Source: Eledone cirrhosa
Taxonomy: Eukaryota
Assembly: GCA_964016885.1 (NCBI GenBank)
Contig: OZ024744.1
Coordinates: 44,702,001 to 44,766,000, forward strand
DNA: 64,000 nt
Direction of reading: 5' to 3'
Position 1 is the first letter of the stretch. Each line of letters begins with the position of its first letter. Under the pieces are notes generated by a model that was not told the origin of the DNA, made no database searches, and saw only the letters and a program-made list of their open reading frames with translations. Of the stretch, positions 23,752 through 36,700 are shown piece by piece. A program made the position numbers and the translations under genes.

Positions 23752-25860
23752 CAGGGGTCGGCAACCTTTTGGAGACAGAGGGCCAAACAGCTATGCAGTG
23801 TCATGGAGGAGCGCCATGTTATTAAATATGTAAATACATTTTCTGGAGGTTTGAAGCAAAACAAGGAATTTAATATAATTTTATTTTACTGCAGGCATAA
23901 CAAAAAAGAAGAAAAAAAACTACAAACACATTCATCAAAAAAAAAAAGCAAATTCCTTATTTTACTGCAGGATTAACAGAAAAAAAACTACTATTACAAT
24001 CAACAAAAAAAAAGCAAATTCCTTGCTACAAACGAAATACAGTTAGAAATGGTAAATGATTTAATGAGACACCTCTTTCTGCTTAGTGTGCGATAACTTC
24101 TCCACATCAGGTGAAATATTTGTCGATGACAGGAGCAAAACATCATCCAGGTGGTCGTCACGCAACCTTGTTCTTAAATAACTTTTAGTATATTTCATTT
24201 TGGAAAAAAGTTGTTACAAGCATATGTTCTTCCAAATAATAGTATCATCAGTTTCGCATTAGTCAAGATGTTTTTATATTTTTCGCTTGGCAATATATAT
24301 TTCTTGTAGAAGTCAGCAGTGGATTCGAACTGAAATTTCGATTTCAAAGATTTGTCGTACTGAAAGTCAATTAACTCCAACTGATATTCTTCTGCCACTT
24401 GCTCCACATCTGTTTCGTAGGGAGTACCAAATAACTTAAATAGAGTTCCATATTGCCGGAAGTCAGAAAAACGAGAGGAAAACTCGCTTCTCAAATCCTT
24501 AATAGAGCTCACAAAGATGTCTGGTATTATATCTCTCTTGTGATTTTGGAGACTTGGGAAATGAGAGTAGTTTCCTTTTTGAAGTTGTGATTCCTACAGT
24601 CGAAGTTTTCTCTCAAAAGCAGTAATTTGACCAAACATCTCAAATACAACCTTGTTCTTTCCTTGAAGCTCAAGATTCAAAGTGTTCATGTGGGTCGTGA
24701 TGTCCACTAAAAAAGCTAACTTGACAACCCACTGTGGATCCTGAAAGTAAGAATTATCTTGGTCTTTGCTCTCTAAAAACACAGAAATCTCTTCTCTCAA
24801 TGCATATACTCGTTCTATCATTTTTCCGCGGCTAAGCCATCGAACATTTGAAAAATATGCAAGGTCGCCATACTCTGCTTCAATTTGTTTTAGAAATTAT
24901 TGAAACTGGCGGTGATTTAGTCCTCTTGACAGTATAAAATTCACTGTTTTCACGACCACTGTCATGATGTCCTTAAAATTCAGTGACTTTGCACATAATG
25001 CTTCTTGATAATGCAATGAAGTTTCATTTGATTAGTTTTTTATTAATACCGATGTGGTTTTGGAGCAATGCAACAAACCACTTTTTCTCTCCAACCATTG
25101 CTGGTGCTCCATCTGTGATTACACCAGAAAGCTTTGATAAATCCAGATTCATTTCGGTAATCCATTTTATTATGCTTTCCAAAATATCTGCTCCAGTGCT
25201 AGTGTCCTTCATAGGAATCAATTGTACAAATTCTTCCACAATATCAAATGTTGGTGTTACACCCCTCACAAACACTGCAGCTTGACAAGTATCCTTCATA
25301 TCTGTGGATTCATCGATAGCAATGGAATAATACTCCAGATTATTTAAAATGCCCTCCAAGCCATTTCTGACATTTGCTGCCAGCTCTTCAATTCGACTTG
25401 TTACTGTTCTTGCCGATAAGAAAATAATTCCCTTTTTTCTGAACAAACAACATCTGCTACCTTCAACAATAATTCTTTGAATAAAAGGTTTCATCCTTTA
25501 AAGGTTTCATCCTTTCTGCAATTAGTTTTCATCCTTTAAAAGGATTCATCCTTTCTGCAATTAGTTTTGACACCTCGTAGCTAGCACGAGTGTTTCGGTC
25601 ACTTTCTTCAACTTTTCTAGTGCAAATTCGTTTACTCGTGCTTTTCCAGTAAAACTGTTGTAATAATTATGACGAGTTTCATAGTGCCGTTTAATATTTG
25701 AAACTTTCTTCACGGCAATGGTTTCTTGACAAATTAAGCAAACACATTTTCCGAAGTGCTCAATGAAAAAATAGTTAAGTGTCCAGCCATCGTTAAAAGT
25801 TTGGCACTCCAAATCCATTTTTCTTTTCTTAGTTTCCATGGGCTTGTTTTTGTTCAAACA
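23752..25860 (-). mobile_element. hAT DNA transposon fossil (Charlie/SPIN-type, GTF2IRD2-like transposase)
   Basis: TIR caggggtcggcaacctttt at 23752. Fragments CVCLICQE..NIKRHYETRH, SIAIDESTD, ITDGAPAMVG, LAFLVDITTHMNTLNLELQG, LFGRTYAC. The second TIR is absent. Confidence 0.88.
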
Positions 25861-25940
25861 AAAAAGATTTATGGAAAGGAAAAAAACAAAAAGTATAATA
25901 ATCAGAATGAAGAAATAAGAAACAATGAAAACAAATGTAA

Positions 25941-26415
25941 ATGGAGAATATTTATGCAGAACTGATGAGAAATCTGCAGATACTGGACCCTGATTACACC
26001 GTCAGATTTATGCCTGTGATTATTGGGGCACTGGTGTATGTTAGTAACTGCCTCAATACAAATCTTGAGAAGCTAGGCTTCACAGGAACAGAAAGAACAC
26101 AACTAGTTAGGAAATTACAAGTACAATCCATTAATGGAACAGTAAAAAATATGTAAAACATTCCAAAAATATTGCATCTAATAACTGCATATACACATGT
26201 ACAGATACAAAGCATATATACACATGCACACATACAACTCAAAACATCCATATCCACACATACAATAACATCCGTATCTACACATGCATGCAGGCATGCA
26301 CACATAACCTACCTAGTTGATGTGAACATTCAAAGGAGAGAGTCTTGTGTCTATGTTAGAAACCGACTCTCTCTATTCGTAAAAAATTGTGAAATTATAA
26401 AACCAGATGAATATG
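25941..26415 (+). mobile_element. R4/Dong-like family C 3' fragment
   Basis: Closely similar to 22995-23456 (YAELMRNLQIL..PVIIGAL) with the same 3' UTR, ending in (TACA)n. Confidence 0.8.
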
Positions 26416-26476
26416 CATACATACATACGTACATATATACATACATACCTACGTACATATATACATACATATATAT

Positions 26477-28600
26477 GAACAAGCAGCTGGAAAGAAAGGT
26501 ATTTGGGTGTGTGCTGAAGAACTCCTAGTAAATAAAACTGCGATGTCGGGGGTGCGACAACAGGCTACAGTCTGTCTGGACTACAGGAAAGCATTTGATT
26601 CTGTTCCCCACACTTGGATGATACGCCGAGACCATACTTTATTATCAAAGCCATAGAGAAGCTCTCTTCTTCTTGGGCTATTATTCTAAAGTTAAAAACA
26701 GAGAAGGAGGACTATATTTTCACTGATAAAATAGAATATCACAACGGTATATTTTAAGGAGACAGTCTCTCTATGCTGCTATTTATCATGTCATTAAATC
26801 TCTTGTCATTTCTATTCAAGAAATGTGAAGGATACATCATTGGCTCACGGGAGGACAGAAATACGAACTTAACCCAGATTTTCTTTATAGATGAGCTGAA
26901 AATCTATGCCAAGAACATAAATGGGATGAAGAAAAATGTTGACCTGGTTACGTCATCCTCAAAGGATATAGGAATAGAATTTGGCCAAGATAAATGTTCA
27001 TATATAATTGTAAAGCGGGGGAAAACTACAACCCAATCTAGCTACATTTATATCAATGGCGTAACTGCTTCACCAATATCTGATGAGGACTGCTACAGAT
27101 ACCTGGGGCTAGATTAGAATATTTCCTATAATGGTTTTTGTAATAAGGAACGCGTAACCAGGGAATATTACACCCAATTATTAAAGATATGGTCATCGGA
27201 ATTCTCTGCGCACAGTAAAACTGTGGCTCACAATATGTTTGTTGTACCTGTCCTAACACTAACCTTTGGTATACTCGATTGGACGATTAACCAAATATGA
27301 GCGATTGATGTTAGAACTCTAAAAATACTAAACAACAACGGAAACTTCCATATCAACAGGGACATAGACCGCCTGTACTTGACACGTAAACAGAGGCAGA
27401 GGGCCAACATCCGTCAGACAGCATTTCAGTGTCGTATCATATCTCTCCGACATTTACGAACCTCCAAGCGATTGAACAAGTCTGTCTGCAAAAGACAGTT
27501 GGGAAGGTATTCCTTGAAAGATACTCCCTGCATGATAATAAAAAACCCAGCAATACCGCAGTGAATCCATGGAATAAAAACGGCATCGTTATCTGTAAAA
27601 CATCATGCATGGATATGTTGCCAGGAAGCTCCAGAGTGAGAGTAATATAGGTAAGCAAAGTAGTCTTGAACAAACAACCGCTATATTAGCTCCCACTTTT
27701 AAGGATACGCTTTTGCAATCCAAGAACAGGAAATAAATACCTGATTCACAAAAGAGAGGGGTGCAGGAAAAACACCTAGATGTGACCAGTGCACAATCAG
27801 CAGAATTAACATCGAAGATGTCATTCATGTCATAAGCAGCTGTCCAAAGTTGTCATCGCGGTACTATCTACCTATGAGGCATGAAGTAGTGGCCAAAACA
27901 CTGTGCAATCCGTAGAAAAGATAGCCCCAATAATAAACACATTAAAAGCTACAGCAATGTGGAAGACATACATAAATATAATATGAAAGAGTACTGGTGG
28001 AATGTTCCAGTAAAAACCCCAATAAAATGCAAGCATAACAGACCAGATATTGTGATATAGGACAGGGAAAAGAAGGCATGCACAGTAGTGGAAGTTAGCT
28101 GCCCCGCAGAACCAATATAATATCAAAGATTAGTGAAAAGGAGAATATCTATGAAGAATTAATGAGAACTCTGCAAATATTCCACCCTGATTATACCTTC
28201 AGATTTATGCCTGTGATTATTGGGGCACTAGGATATGTTAGTAACTGCCTCAATACAAATCTTGAGAAGCTAGGCTTCACAGGAACAGAAAGAACACAAC
28301 TAGTTAGGAAATTATAAGTACAATCCATTAATGGAACAGTAAAAATATGTAAAACATTCCAAAAATTGTGCATCTAATAACTGCATATACACATGCACAA
28401 ATCATATACACATGTACAAATACAATTCAAAACATCCACATCCACACATACAATAACACGCATATCTACATATGCATGCAGACCTGCATACATATCTACC
28501 TAGTTGATGTGTAAATTATAATGAGAGAGTTCTGTGTCTATGTTAGAAACCGACTCTCTCTCTATTGGCAAACATTTATAGAATTATAAAACCAGAAGAA
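26477..28600 (+). mobile_element. R4/Dong-like family C, longer 5'-truncated decayed copy (RT + RLE)
   Basis: EQAAGKKG..LLVNK, LDYRKAFDSVPH, GDSLSMLLF, FIDELK, FGQDKC, YRYLG, RPDIV; multiple stops; flanked by (TACA)/(TA) repeats. Confidence 0.85.
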
Positions 28601-29108
28601 CACACATATGTATATACATATATATTTACATGCATAAATACACACACACATACATACATACATATATACATACATATTTACATACATAAATACACACACA
28701 CATACATACATATATACGCACATATGGCGTCGAAGACTATTCATGAAGTTTAAGATGAATAATATCTCCAACAGTAATGCTACAATTAACGACTTAGTAA
28801 ATAACTGAACACTCTTATGGTGATATTCATTGGACACATTTTATTCAATATCGTAGAGATATCCGACTAAATATTGAATTCACCTTACAAGGGTTTGCTA
28901 CAAAATACATCATCAACAATATTAATGAAGAATCGGAGAAAAACCGCAACGAGAATGGTTAAACAATTTTAGTTGTAATTACAGGAGGAACCGAAACAAT
29001 AAATCGCATTTTTTTTTTTTTTGCGGGAAGTTACGAACTCAATAATGATATATTTAATTATTATTAGATGATAAACAAAAATCACTCTCTTGGCTCTAAG
29101 AATAGAAT

Positions 29109-29115
29109 GATAATA

Positions 29116-29210
<95 letters not shown>
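29109..29210. repeat. (TAA)n microsatellite, left border of the array
   Basis: Directly visible. Confidence 0.97.
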
Positions 29211-29212
<2 letters not shown>

Positions 29213-32200
29213 TGTCGGTGGGAACGAGGTAAACTGTAACACTTCGAATCCCAGAGTTGGGGCGGAATCACTGGCAACAGAACAAATTAAAGAAAGGAGC
29301 GAAAAAGTGGAGGGAGTGCATGCTCAGGATGAAACTCCAAATGAAAATAATGAGATCGTAAATGATAAAGAAATGAATGAGAATGAACTTGCCAACTTGA
29401 AGGATGAAATTATGATCGAATGGATGAAAATGAAAGAATCTGACATGGGGGAACGAGACACCCTCCCTAAGATCCAGAACTCCAAACAGAACCAAAAGAT
29501 AATACACAAGACTAACATAATTCTCAAAAACATTATCATCACAAACAAAATAAACATTACTGACTTAAATCATCTCTATTATGCATCGGCTAAAGTCACC
29601 ACTCACTTATGTGGAGTGAAGATGAAAAAACAAAGGAATTCCCACAAGAAATCTACTTGGCAAGATAACATCAATCGCCAAATAAACCTTCTCCGATCTG
29701 ACATAGAAATTTTAACAAACTATAAAGTAGGTGAACATGTTAAACAAACTAAACTTAGAAAATTGAAAAAAAAGTACAGTATAAGATCAACATGTGACAT
29801 AGACATGCTGATAGAAACAATCAAGCAAAAAGTGTCGGCCAAAGCTGCTCGTATAAGGCGCTTTGAAAAACGATCTAGATTCTATAAGGACAATAATATG
29901 TTCAAAAACAACCAAAGAAACTTCTACAGAAAAATTGGTAAGTCAACAATAACTGCTAAATCAATACCACCCAAGGAGGAAGTGCAAGAATTCTGGGAAA
30001 AGATCTGGGCCGAAGAAAAAGTTCATAACATACATGCCCCATGGATAGACAGACAAATGAAAGAAACAGCTCACCTTGAAGAACAAACATGGGAAAATAT
30101 AACAGTTGAACAGCTGCGCTTGGCTCTAAGAAAAACCAGCAAATGGAAATCCCCAGGAAAAGACAAAATACAAAACTTTTGGATAAATGCCTTCACAGAG
30201 TCTCATGAGCTGTTAGCCCAACTTTACAATGAAATAGTTAAGGAGCCAGAAAAGATACCATCATGGCTAGTTAACGGCATTACATTCCTGCTACCGAAGA
30301 ATGATGAGACAAACAATCCCAAAAATTACAGACCGATAACCTGCTTGACCACAATGTATAAAATTTTAACATCAGTCCTAACTGAATACACATATGACCA
30401 CCTGATAACAAATGACCTATTTCCCATTGAGCAGAAAGGGTGTAAACGAGGCTCATATGGCTGTAAGGATCAGCTTCTGGTTAACAAAATGATACTGGAA
30501 GATTGTCATAATAGACACAAAAATCTATCGATTGCTTGGATAGATTATAAAAAAGCATTTGATAGTTTGCCACACAGTTGGATTGAAAAATGTTTAGAGA
30601 TTTTCAAAATATCCCCCGTTGTCAGGAGGTTTTTGTCGTTCAGTATGAGGACATGGAGAACGACACTCCTTTTGAATAGTGAAACAAAATCACTGGAAGC
30701 TGGAGAAGTTAACATTAATTGTGGAATTTTTCAGGCTGACTCTTTATCACCGCTTTTATTCTGCATCGCACTTATACCATTAAGTAAAATGCTCAATGAA
30801 ACAAAACATGGATATAGAGTCTATGACAAAACCATTAATCACCTGTTCTACATGGATGACCTGAAACTATTTGCAAAAAATGATGAACAATTGCAAGGGC
30901 TATTATCCACTGTGAAGCAGTTCAGTGATGACATTAAAATGGAGTTTGGACTGGATAAATGCGCCAAAGCAACGTTCACCAGAGGAAAGCTGGTGAAGAG
31001 TTCAGACATTAATCTTGATCGGAGGAACGTGATAAGAGAGCTTGATCAAGAACAAACTTACAAATATCTAGGTCTTTGTGAAGGAGACGGAATCAAGCAC
31101 TCGACAATGAGGGAAAGGATAAGGAAGGAATGTTACCGCAGAGTCAGAGCAATCTTAAGAACGGAATTGAATGCAAGGAATAGGATCGATGCCATAAACA
31201 CGCTTGCCATACCAGTAGTAACCTACAGTTACAATGTCATCAACTGGTCAAGCACAGAGATCCGTAGGCTCGATACAAAAATCCGAAAATTCTTAACCAT
31301 GCACAGAATGCATCACCCTAAGGCAGACATAGATAGAATATATCTCCCTAGGAAAGAAGGAGGACGTGGGTTAATCCAGTTAGACATTGCGTTGAAAACT
31401 GCAACAATTGGATTATCCACATATCTAAGGGAATCACATGATTGGATGATCAAACTCGTTTTGAAACACGAAAGCACCAAAAGATCATATTCCATTACAA
31501 AAGATGCACAAAGTTACAGTAATGGACTACAAATTTCAGAAGTCCCATTTACTGCTGAAATGGAAAACACAGAAAAAGCAAAGCAGGTAAAAGTAACTGC
31601 AAAGAAAGAACTGCTACAGAAACTGGCTAAGAAATGGCAAGAAAAGCCTCTGTATGGAAAATACCCAGAGCGAGCTAACAATCCTGATGTTGACAAAACT
31701 TTAACCCATCAGTGGTTGGCATCCTCTGGACTGAAATCGGAGACTGAAGGACTGATTATATCCGCACAAGATCAGTGTCTGCCAACAAAAAATTACCAAG
31801 CCAACATAATAAAAAATGGGTGCAGCCCATTATGCCGTGTATGCAAAAAACAACCAGAGACCATTGACCATATAATTTCAATGTGCAGTCCTATAGCTCC
31901 AACCGAATACCTAAACAGGCATGACAGAGCTGCACAATACATACATTGGATAATGTGTAAGCATTTTGACCTGCCCCATCAAAAGAATTGGTGGGAGCAT
32001 CAACCACCTCCCATACTTGAAAAAGATCGCATCTCAATCTTGTGGAACTTTAGCATCCAAACAGACCGAAAAATAGATGCAAATAGACCTGATATAATAT
32101 TGAAGGACTTTCAAAGGAGGGTATGCCTGCTAATTGATATGTCTGTTCCAATAGACAAGAATGTATCTATAAAAACATTTGAAAAATTGAGCAAGTATAA

Positions 32201-32540
32201 GGACCTGGAGATAGAAATTGGAAAAATGTGGAAATTGAGAACTAAAACAATACCAGTGGTTGTAGGCGCTCTGGGAATGATACCTAAGGGGTCTAACGAC
32301 TACTTATCGCAAATCCCAGGAAACCCGCGTATAGGAGAAATACAAAAGATAGTACTAATGGGAACTGCCCATATACTAAGGAAGATCCTGTCAATATAAG
32401 TACATCACAAGTCTAAACACTAAGGATGCATGTGTGAATATGTGTGTTCTTTCTTGAAGATGGCGGACCTTGTTGTCTCTTGAGGTCACTGGTTGTGACT
32501 TGGTGATAACTCGTATAAACATAAAGCAAGATAAATGCAA
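29210..32540 (+). mobile_element. R4/Dong-like non-LTR retrotransposon family A, copy A1 (5'-truncated, young)
   Basis: Begins inside the ORF of full-length copy A2 (49510); ends gcaaataataataa; (TAA)n on both sides. Confidence 0.92.
29307..32399 (+). CDS. RT + CCHC + restriction-like endonuclease ORF (N-truncated, uninterrupted)
   Basis: [74 protein letters not shown]. Confidence 0.9.
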   Translation: MEGVHAQDETPNENNEIVNDKEMNENELANLKDEIMIEWMKMKESDMGERDTLPKIQNSKQNQKIIHKTNIILKNIIITNKINITDLNHLYYASAKVTTHLCGVKMKKQRNSHKKSTWQDNINRQINLLRSDIEILTNYKVGEHVKQTKLRKLKKKYSIRSTCDIDMLIETIKQKVSAKAARIRRFEKRSRFYKDNNMFKNNQRNFYRKIGKSTITAKSIPPKEEVQEFWEKIWAEEKVHNIHAPWIDRQMKETAHLEEQTWENITVEQLRLALRKTSKWKSPGKDKIQNFWINAFTESHELLAQLYNEIVKEPEKIPSWLVNGITFLLPKNDETNNPKNYRPITCLTTMYKILTSVLTEYTYDHLITNDLFPIEQKGCKRGSYGCKDQLLVNKMILEDCHNRHKNLSIAWIDYKKAFDSLPHSWIEKCLEIFKISPVVRRFLSFSMRTWRTTLLLNSETKSLEAGEVNINCGIFQADSLSPLLFCIALIPLSKMLNETKHGYRVYDKTINHLFYMDDLKLFAKNDEQLQGLLSTVKQFSDDIKMEFGLDKCAKATFTRGKLVKSSDINLDRRNVIRELDQEQTYKYLGLCEGDGIKHSTMRERIRKECYRRVRAILRTELNARNRIDAINTLAIPVVTYSYNVINWSSTEIRRLDTKIRKFLTMHRMHHPKADIDRIYLPRKEGGRGLIQLDIALKTATIGLSTYLRESHDWMIKLVLKHESTKRSYSITKDAQSYSNGLQISEVPFTAEMENTEKAKQVKVTAKKELLQKLAKKWQEKPLYGKYPERANNPDVDKTLTHQWLASSGLKSETEGLIISAQDQCLPTKNYQANIIKNGCSPLCRVCKKQPETIDHIISMCSPIAPTEYLNRHDRAAQYIHWIMCKHFDLPHQKNWWEHQPPPILEKDRISILWNFSIQTDRKIDANRPDIILKDFQRRVCLLIDMSVPIDKNVSIKTFEKLSKYKDLEIEIGKMWKLRTKTIPVVVGALGMIPKGSNDYLSQIPGNPRIGEIQKIVLMGTAHILRKILSI

Positions 32541-32558
32541 ATAATAATAATAATAATA

Positions 32559-33750
32559 GGCACGAGGTGACGGAGGTCATGAAATCGCTCCCGTAAGTTT
32601 TGAATTTTTAACATATTTAAATCATTTGTGAAATAACAACTCTTAGTACAAATGCTACGTAAAGCACCCGGCTTGAGCCCCAAAAAAATTCGGACCCAAA
32701 ATATATTGTTATAAGGCTCAAATATTCAAATATTCAACTTTGTATTGTACACTGTATATCCAAAAAAAAAAATGGCTATAAATGGAAGAAGAAGAACCCC
32801 CCCGCCCTCCTCTCCTCTGGCTACACTATATAGGACAGCTAAACTCACCAACACCAGAAACTAGATACACCACCCACCCCATCATCTGTGTACACTAAAC
32901 ACAACAGCATTTTCACCTTCACCGCCACCGCTCACTACGGCCATCATTACCACCACTATCCCATCACCGCCGCCACCACCCCTTGACTCCTTCACTGCTG
33001 CTGCCACCGCTACAGCACCATCACTATAGTAATACGGCTCAAATATTCAAATATTCAACTTTGTATTGTACACTGTATATCCAAAAAAAATAAAATGGCT
33101 ATAAATGGAAGAAGAAGAACCCCCCCCCCTCCTCTCCTCTGGCTACACTATATAGGACAGCGAAACTCACCAACACCAGAAACTAGATACACCACCCACC
33201 CCATCATCTGTGTACACTAAACACAACAGCATTTTCACCTTCACCGCCACCGCTCACTACGGCCATCATTACCACCACTATCCCATCACCGCCGCCACCA
33301 CCCCTTGACTCCTTCACTGCTGCTGCCACCGCTACAGCACCATCACTACAGTAATACGGTCGCATCACCGCCACCACTGCCTCGGTATCGACATCACCAC
33401 CACCACTGTCTCAGTATCGCCAACGCCGCCAGTCTCTGCTGGCTGCCACTTCCACATTATAGAATTCCTACTACTAACAAAGAGGAAGGCATCAAAATAT
33501 ATAGATAGACTCAAAAGAAAAAAGAAAAAACAAACAACAAAAGCAGCACAGCAACAACAGCAAAAAACGAGAAAAACAAACAGAGAAAAACAAAAACAAA
33601 AAAAGACACCCCAAAAACGTAAAGAAAATAAGAATGAAGAGAGAAGCAGGCGGACGGACAGAGAAGAGGGGGGAAAAAGTAAAACTTAAAAAACAAAAAC
33701 TAAGTCAGACATTCGAATACTACATTACAATGAAACTTATGCTTATTCAT
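32559..33750. repeat. Non-coding unit X (copy 1) with an internal 321-bp tandem duplication (32715-33035 / 33036-33359)
   Basis: Starts gcacgaggtgacggaggtcatgaaatcgctcccgtaag immediately after (TAA)n; homologous to 47905-48890. Confidence 0.8.
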
Positions 33751-33754
33751 TTTT

Positions 33755-36700
33755 GGGGCCCTTTCTGCCCGTGTGTTTGTTTGTTTATGTGTGTCCGTAT
33801 ACAGCGTGGTGATAATGCCACACAAGGGCCAAGTGGGATGGCGGATCCACAGATGGCTATGTAAACATACATTCGCCAATCCTCGATAAGAGTGTTTAAA
33901 TATCGAACATAAACAGTTCGAATAACGGTGAAATGGAGACTAGAACGTCATGTGACAGACTCTCACCCAACAGGTGCCCCCTGGCTCAGCAGCAGGAACC
34001 TGACTGTCAACCAAATACTGCTGATGTTGGAGGAAGAAGAAGAAGGAAAGGGGCCAGAACCAACTGGACGAAAGAATTGAATAGAACTGTTATGCAATGC
34101 TATCTGAAAAGTAACCCCAAGGAGAGGGGCTACAGGAGACGGATGCATAACATCTGGAACGAGATTGGTTTATTTAAATTAAATGAACAAAAATTGGCCG
34201 GGCAGGCTCGGGTAATAAGAACTAATGGGTGGATAAGCGAGCTGGAACTGGAGGAACTGAGCAGAGAGAATGGCTTGGAGATGGCGGGTGTAGTATGCCA
34301 GACAAGCGAGCCGGCGGGAAATGAAGGTGAGGAGGTCCTGAGAACGGAGGAACCACCCGAAGCAGACAATGATCTGAATACTGAGATAAATAATACCTGG
34401 AACAGAGATACGGCCACTGAGGAGATGAATGCTGACGGGCTAGGACAAGATTCGGTTGACATCCTAAATTTAGTGGTAGATGAGTTGAACAATGATAGTG
34501 GGAGACCTATGAATCTAAGATTTGTAGACAGGAAAAAGTTAAAAGAAACAACAGCTAAGGTAAACAAAGTCATCCCATACCTTGAGGCGAGGAGTCTTCA
34601 CCAGTGCAACAATATCCTCAAAGCAACAGCAAATACGGTGAGGAAACTACTTGGTATAAAAGCGAGAGGAAACAACAGACAAGAAAGAGCAGAGCCGTGG
34701 TGGAAGAAGCGACTGAGTGGGCAAATCGAGGAAATGAGAAATGACATAGGAAAGCTTGAGTCACTACTGAATGGGACACTAAAAAACATAGGCACTAAAA
34801 ATAGACTGGAAATAAAATACAAAACTAGGAGTAAAAAGCTAAATATTATCATAGAGGAATTGAAGCAACGCATTGTAGCAAAGAGTGCCAAAATCAGGCG
34901 ATACGAGAACAGAGTCAGTCAGTATAAACAGAACCGCATGTTCGACAACAACCAGAAGATGCTGTTTGGACAGCTTGAGGGGAAAGAAAGAGGCAACGAC
35001 TTGATCCCTGGGGCGGAACAAGCTAAAACATTCTGGAGAGGAATATGGGAGCAGGATGTTAGACACAATGCCCAGGCAGGGTGGATTGAGACAGTACAGA
35101 GGGAGATCGGTGAGCAGGCACAGCAACAGACTGATTTGAGTATCACAGTTGAAACTCTTAAGGGGCAAGCCAAAAAACTAACCAACTGGAAATCACCAGG
35201 CCCAGATGGTGTGCAGGGGTATTGGATTAAACATTTAACATCCCTCCACCCTAAGCTGACGGCCATGTTCAATGACTGCTTGGTGTCGGGTGAGGTGCCA
35301 GAGTGGTTGACAAAAGGTACCACAGTTCTGATAATGAAAGACCGAATCAAGGGTAATGATGTTACCAACTATAGACCTATCACATGTCTGCCCGTAATGT
35401 GGAAACTGTTGACGAGCATTGTGTCTGAGGAAATCTACCATCACCTCCACACAAACAACTTGTTGCCGGACGAACAGAAAGGATGCCGAAAGAAGTCACG
35501 TGGTACAAAGGACCAGTTGCTTATTGATAAGATGGTAATGGGGAATTGCAGGAGGAGACACACTGATCTTGCCATGGGATGGATAGACTACAGAAAGGCA
35601 TTTGACATGGTGCCTCATTCCTGGATCAGCAAAAGCCTGGAGATCTTCAGGGTGGCAGATAACATCAGACAGTTGCTGGGCAGGAGTATGGGTTCCTGGG
35701 AGACAGAGTTGACATCAACTGGAGTATCCTTGGGAAGCGTGAAGATCAAGAGAGGTATCTTCCAGGGAGATAGCCTGTCCCCTCTGTTGTTTGTCCTTGC
35801 CCTGATGCCCTTGACCATTATGCTGCGAAAAGTGAGAGCAGGATACAAGTTGGGAAGGGGAGAGCTTACCATCAATCACCTCCTCTTCATGGACGATCTT
35901 AAGCTCTTCGGGAAAAGTGAGAAGGAGTTGGATGTGCTTGTTGACACTGTCCGTATTTTCAGCAGTGATATATGTATGCAGTTTGGTATTGGTAAATGTG
36001 GAGTCATTGTGATGAGGAGGGGTAGGTTGAGCAGAAGTAACGGGATCCAGATACCAACAGGTGAGATGATAAAGGAAATTGACTCTGAGGAAGGATACAA
36101 GTATTTGGGCGTTCTGGAGGCTGATGGCATAAAGAACAAAAAAATGAAGGAATTGTTAAGAACTGAATACATTCGGAGAGTAAGGAGCGTATTGAAGTCA
36201 CATCTGAACAGCAGAAATGCCATAAGCGCAGTAAATTCCCGAGCTGTGTCTATTATTAGGTACAGTGCGGGAATTCTGAGATGGAATGTTGCTGAACAAA
36301 AAGAAATGGATAGGAAGACTAGGAAGCTATTGACTATCTACAACATGTTCCACAAGAGGAGTGATGTCGATAGACTCTACCTAAGGAGATCTGAGGGTGG
36401 AAGAGGTCTTATCAGCATAGAGGACTGTGTTCAGATGGAGAAAAACAACCTATACAAATACGTGACCTATAGTAAGGAGCCAATGCTCAGAGCTGTACTG
36501 AAGGAGGGGACAGTAGGCCAGGGGATATCCAAGGAGGAAATAACATCAAGGAGGAAGAGCAGCCTTAAGGGAAAATTCCTTCATAGTACCTTCTTTGAGA
36601 AAACTGAATTTAGAGATCCACAGACATGGAACTGGTTGAGAAGAGGAGACCTCAAAAAGGCTACAGAAGGAATGCTAATGGCTGCGCAGGAGCAGGCCCT

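Noticed and set aside
28730-29100. Non-repetitive stretch before the array that might be coding
   Set aside because: No sustained ORF, recognisable motif or clear splice-site pair.
33757-33868. HDV-like fold at the family B 5' end (GGCCCUU/AAGGGCC)
   Set aside because: A 7-bp P1-like helix is present, but there is no canonical P3/L3, J1/4 GG or C-N-R-A segment.
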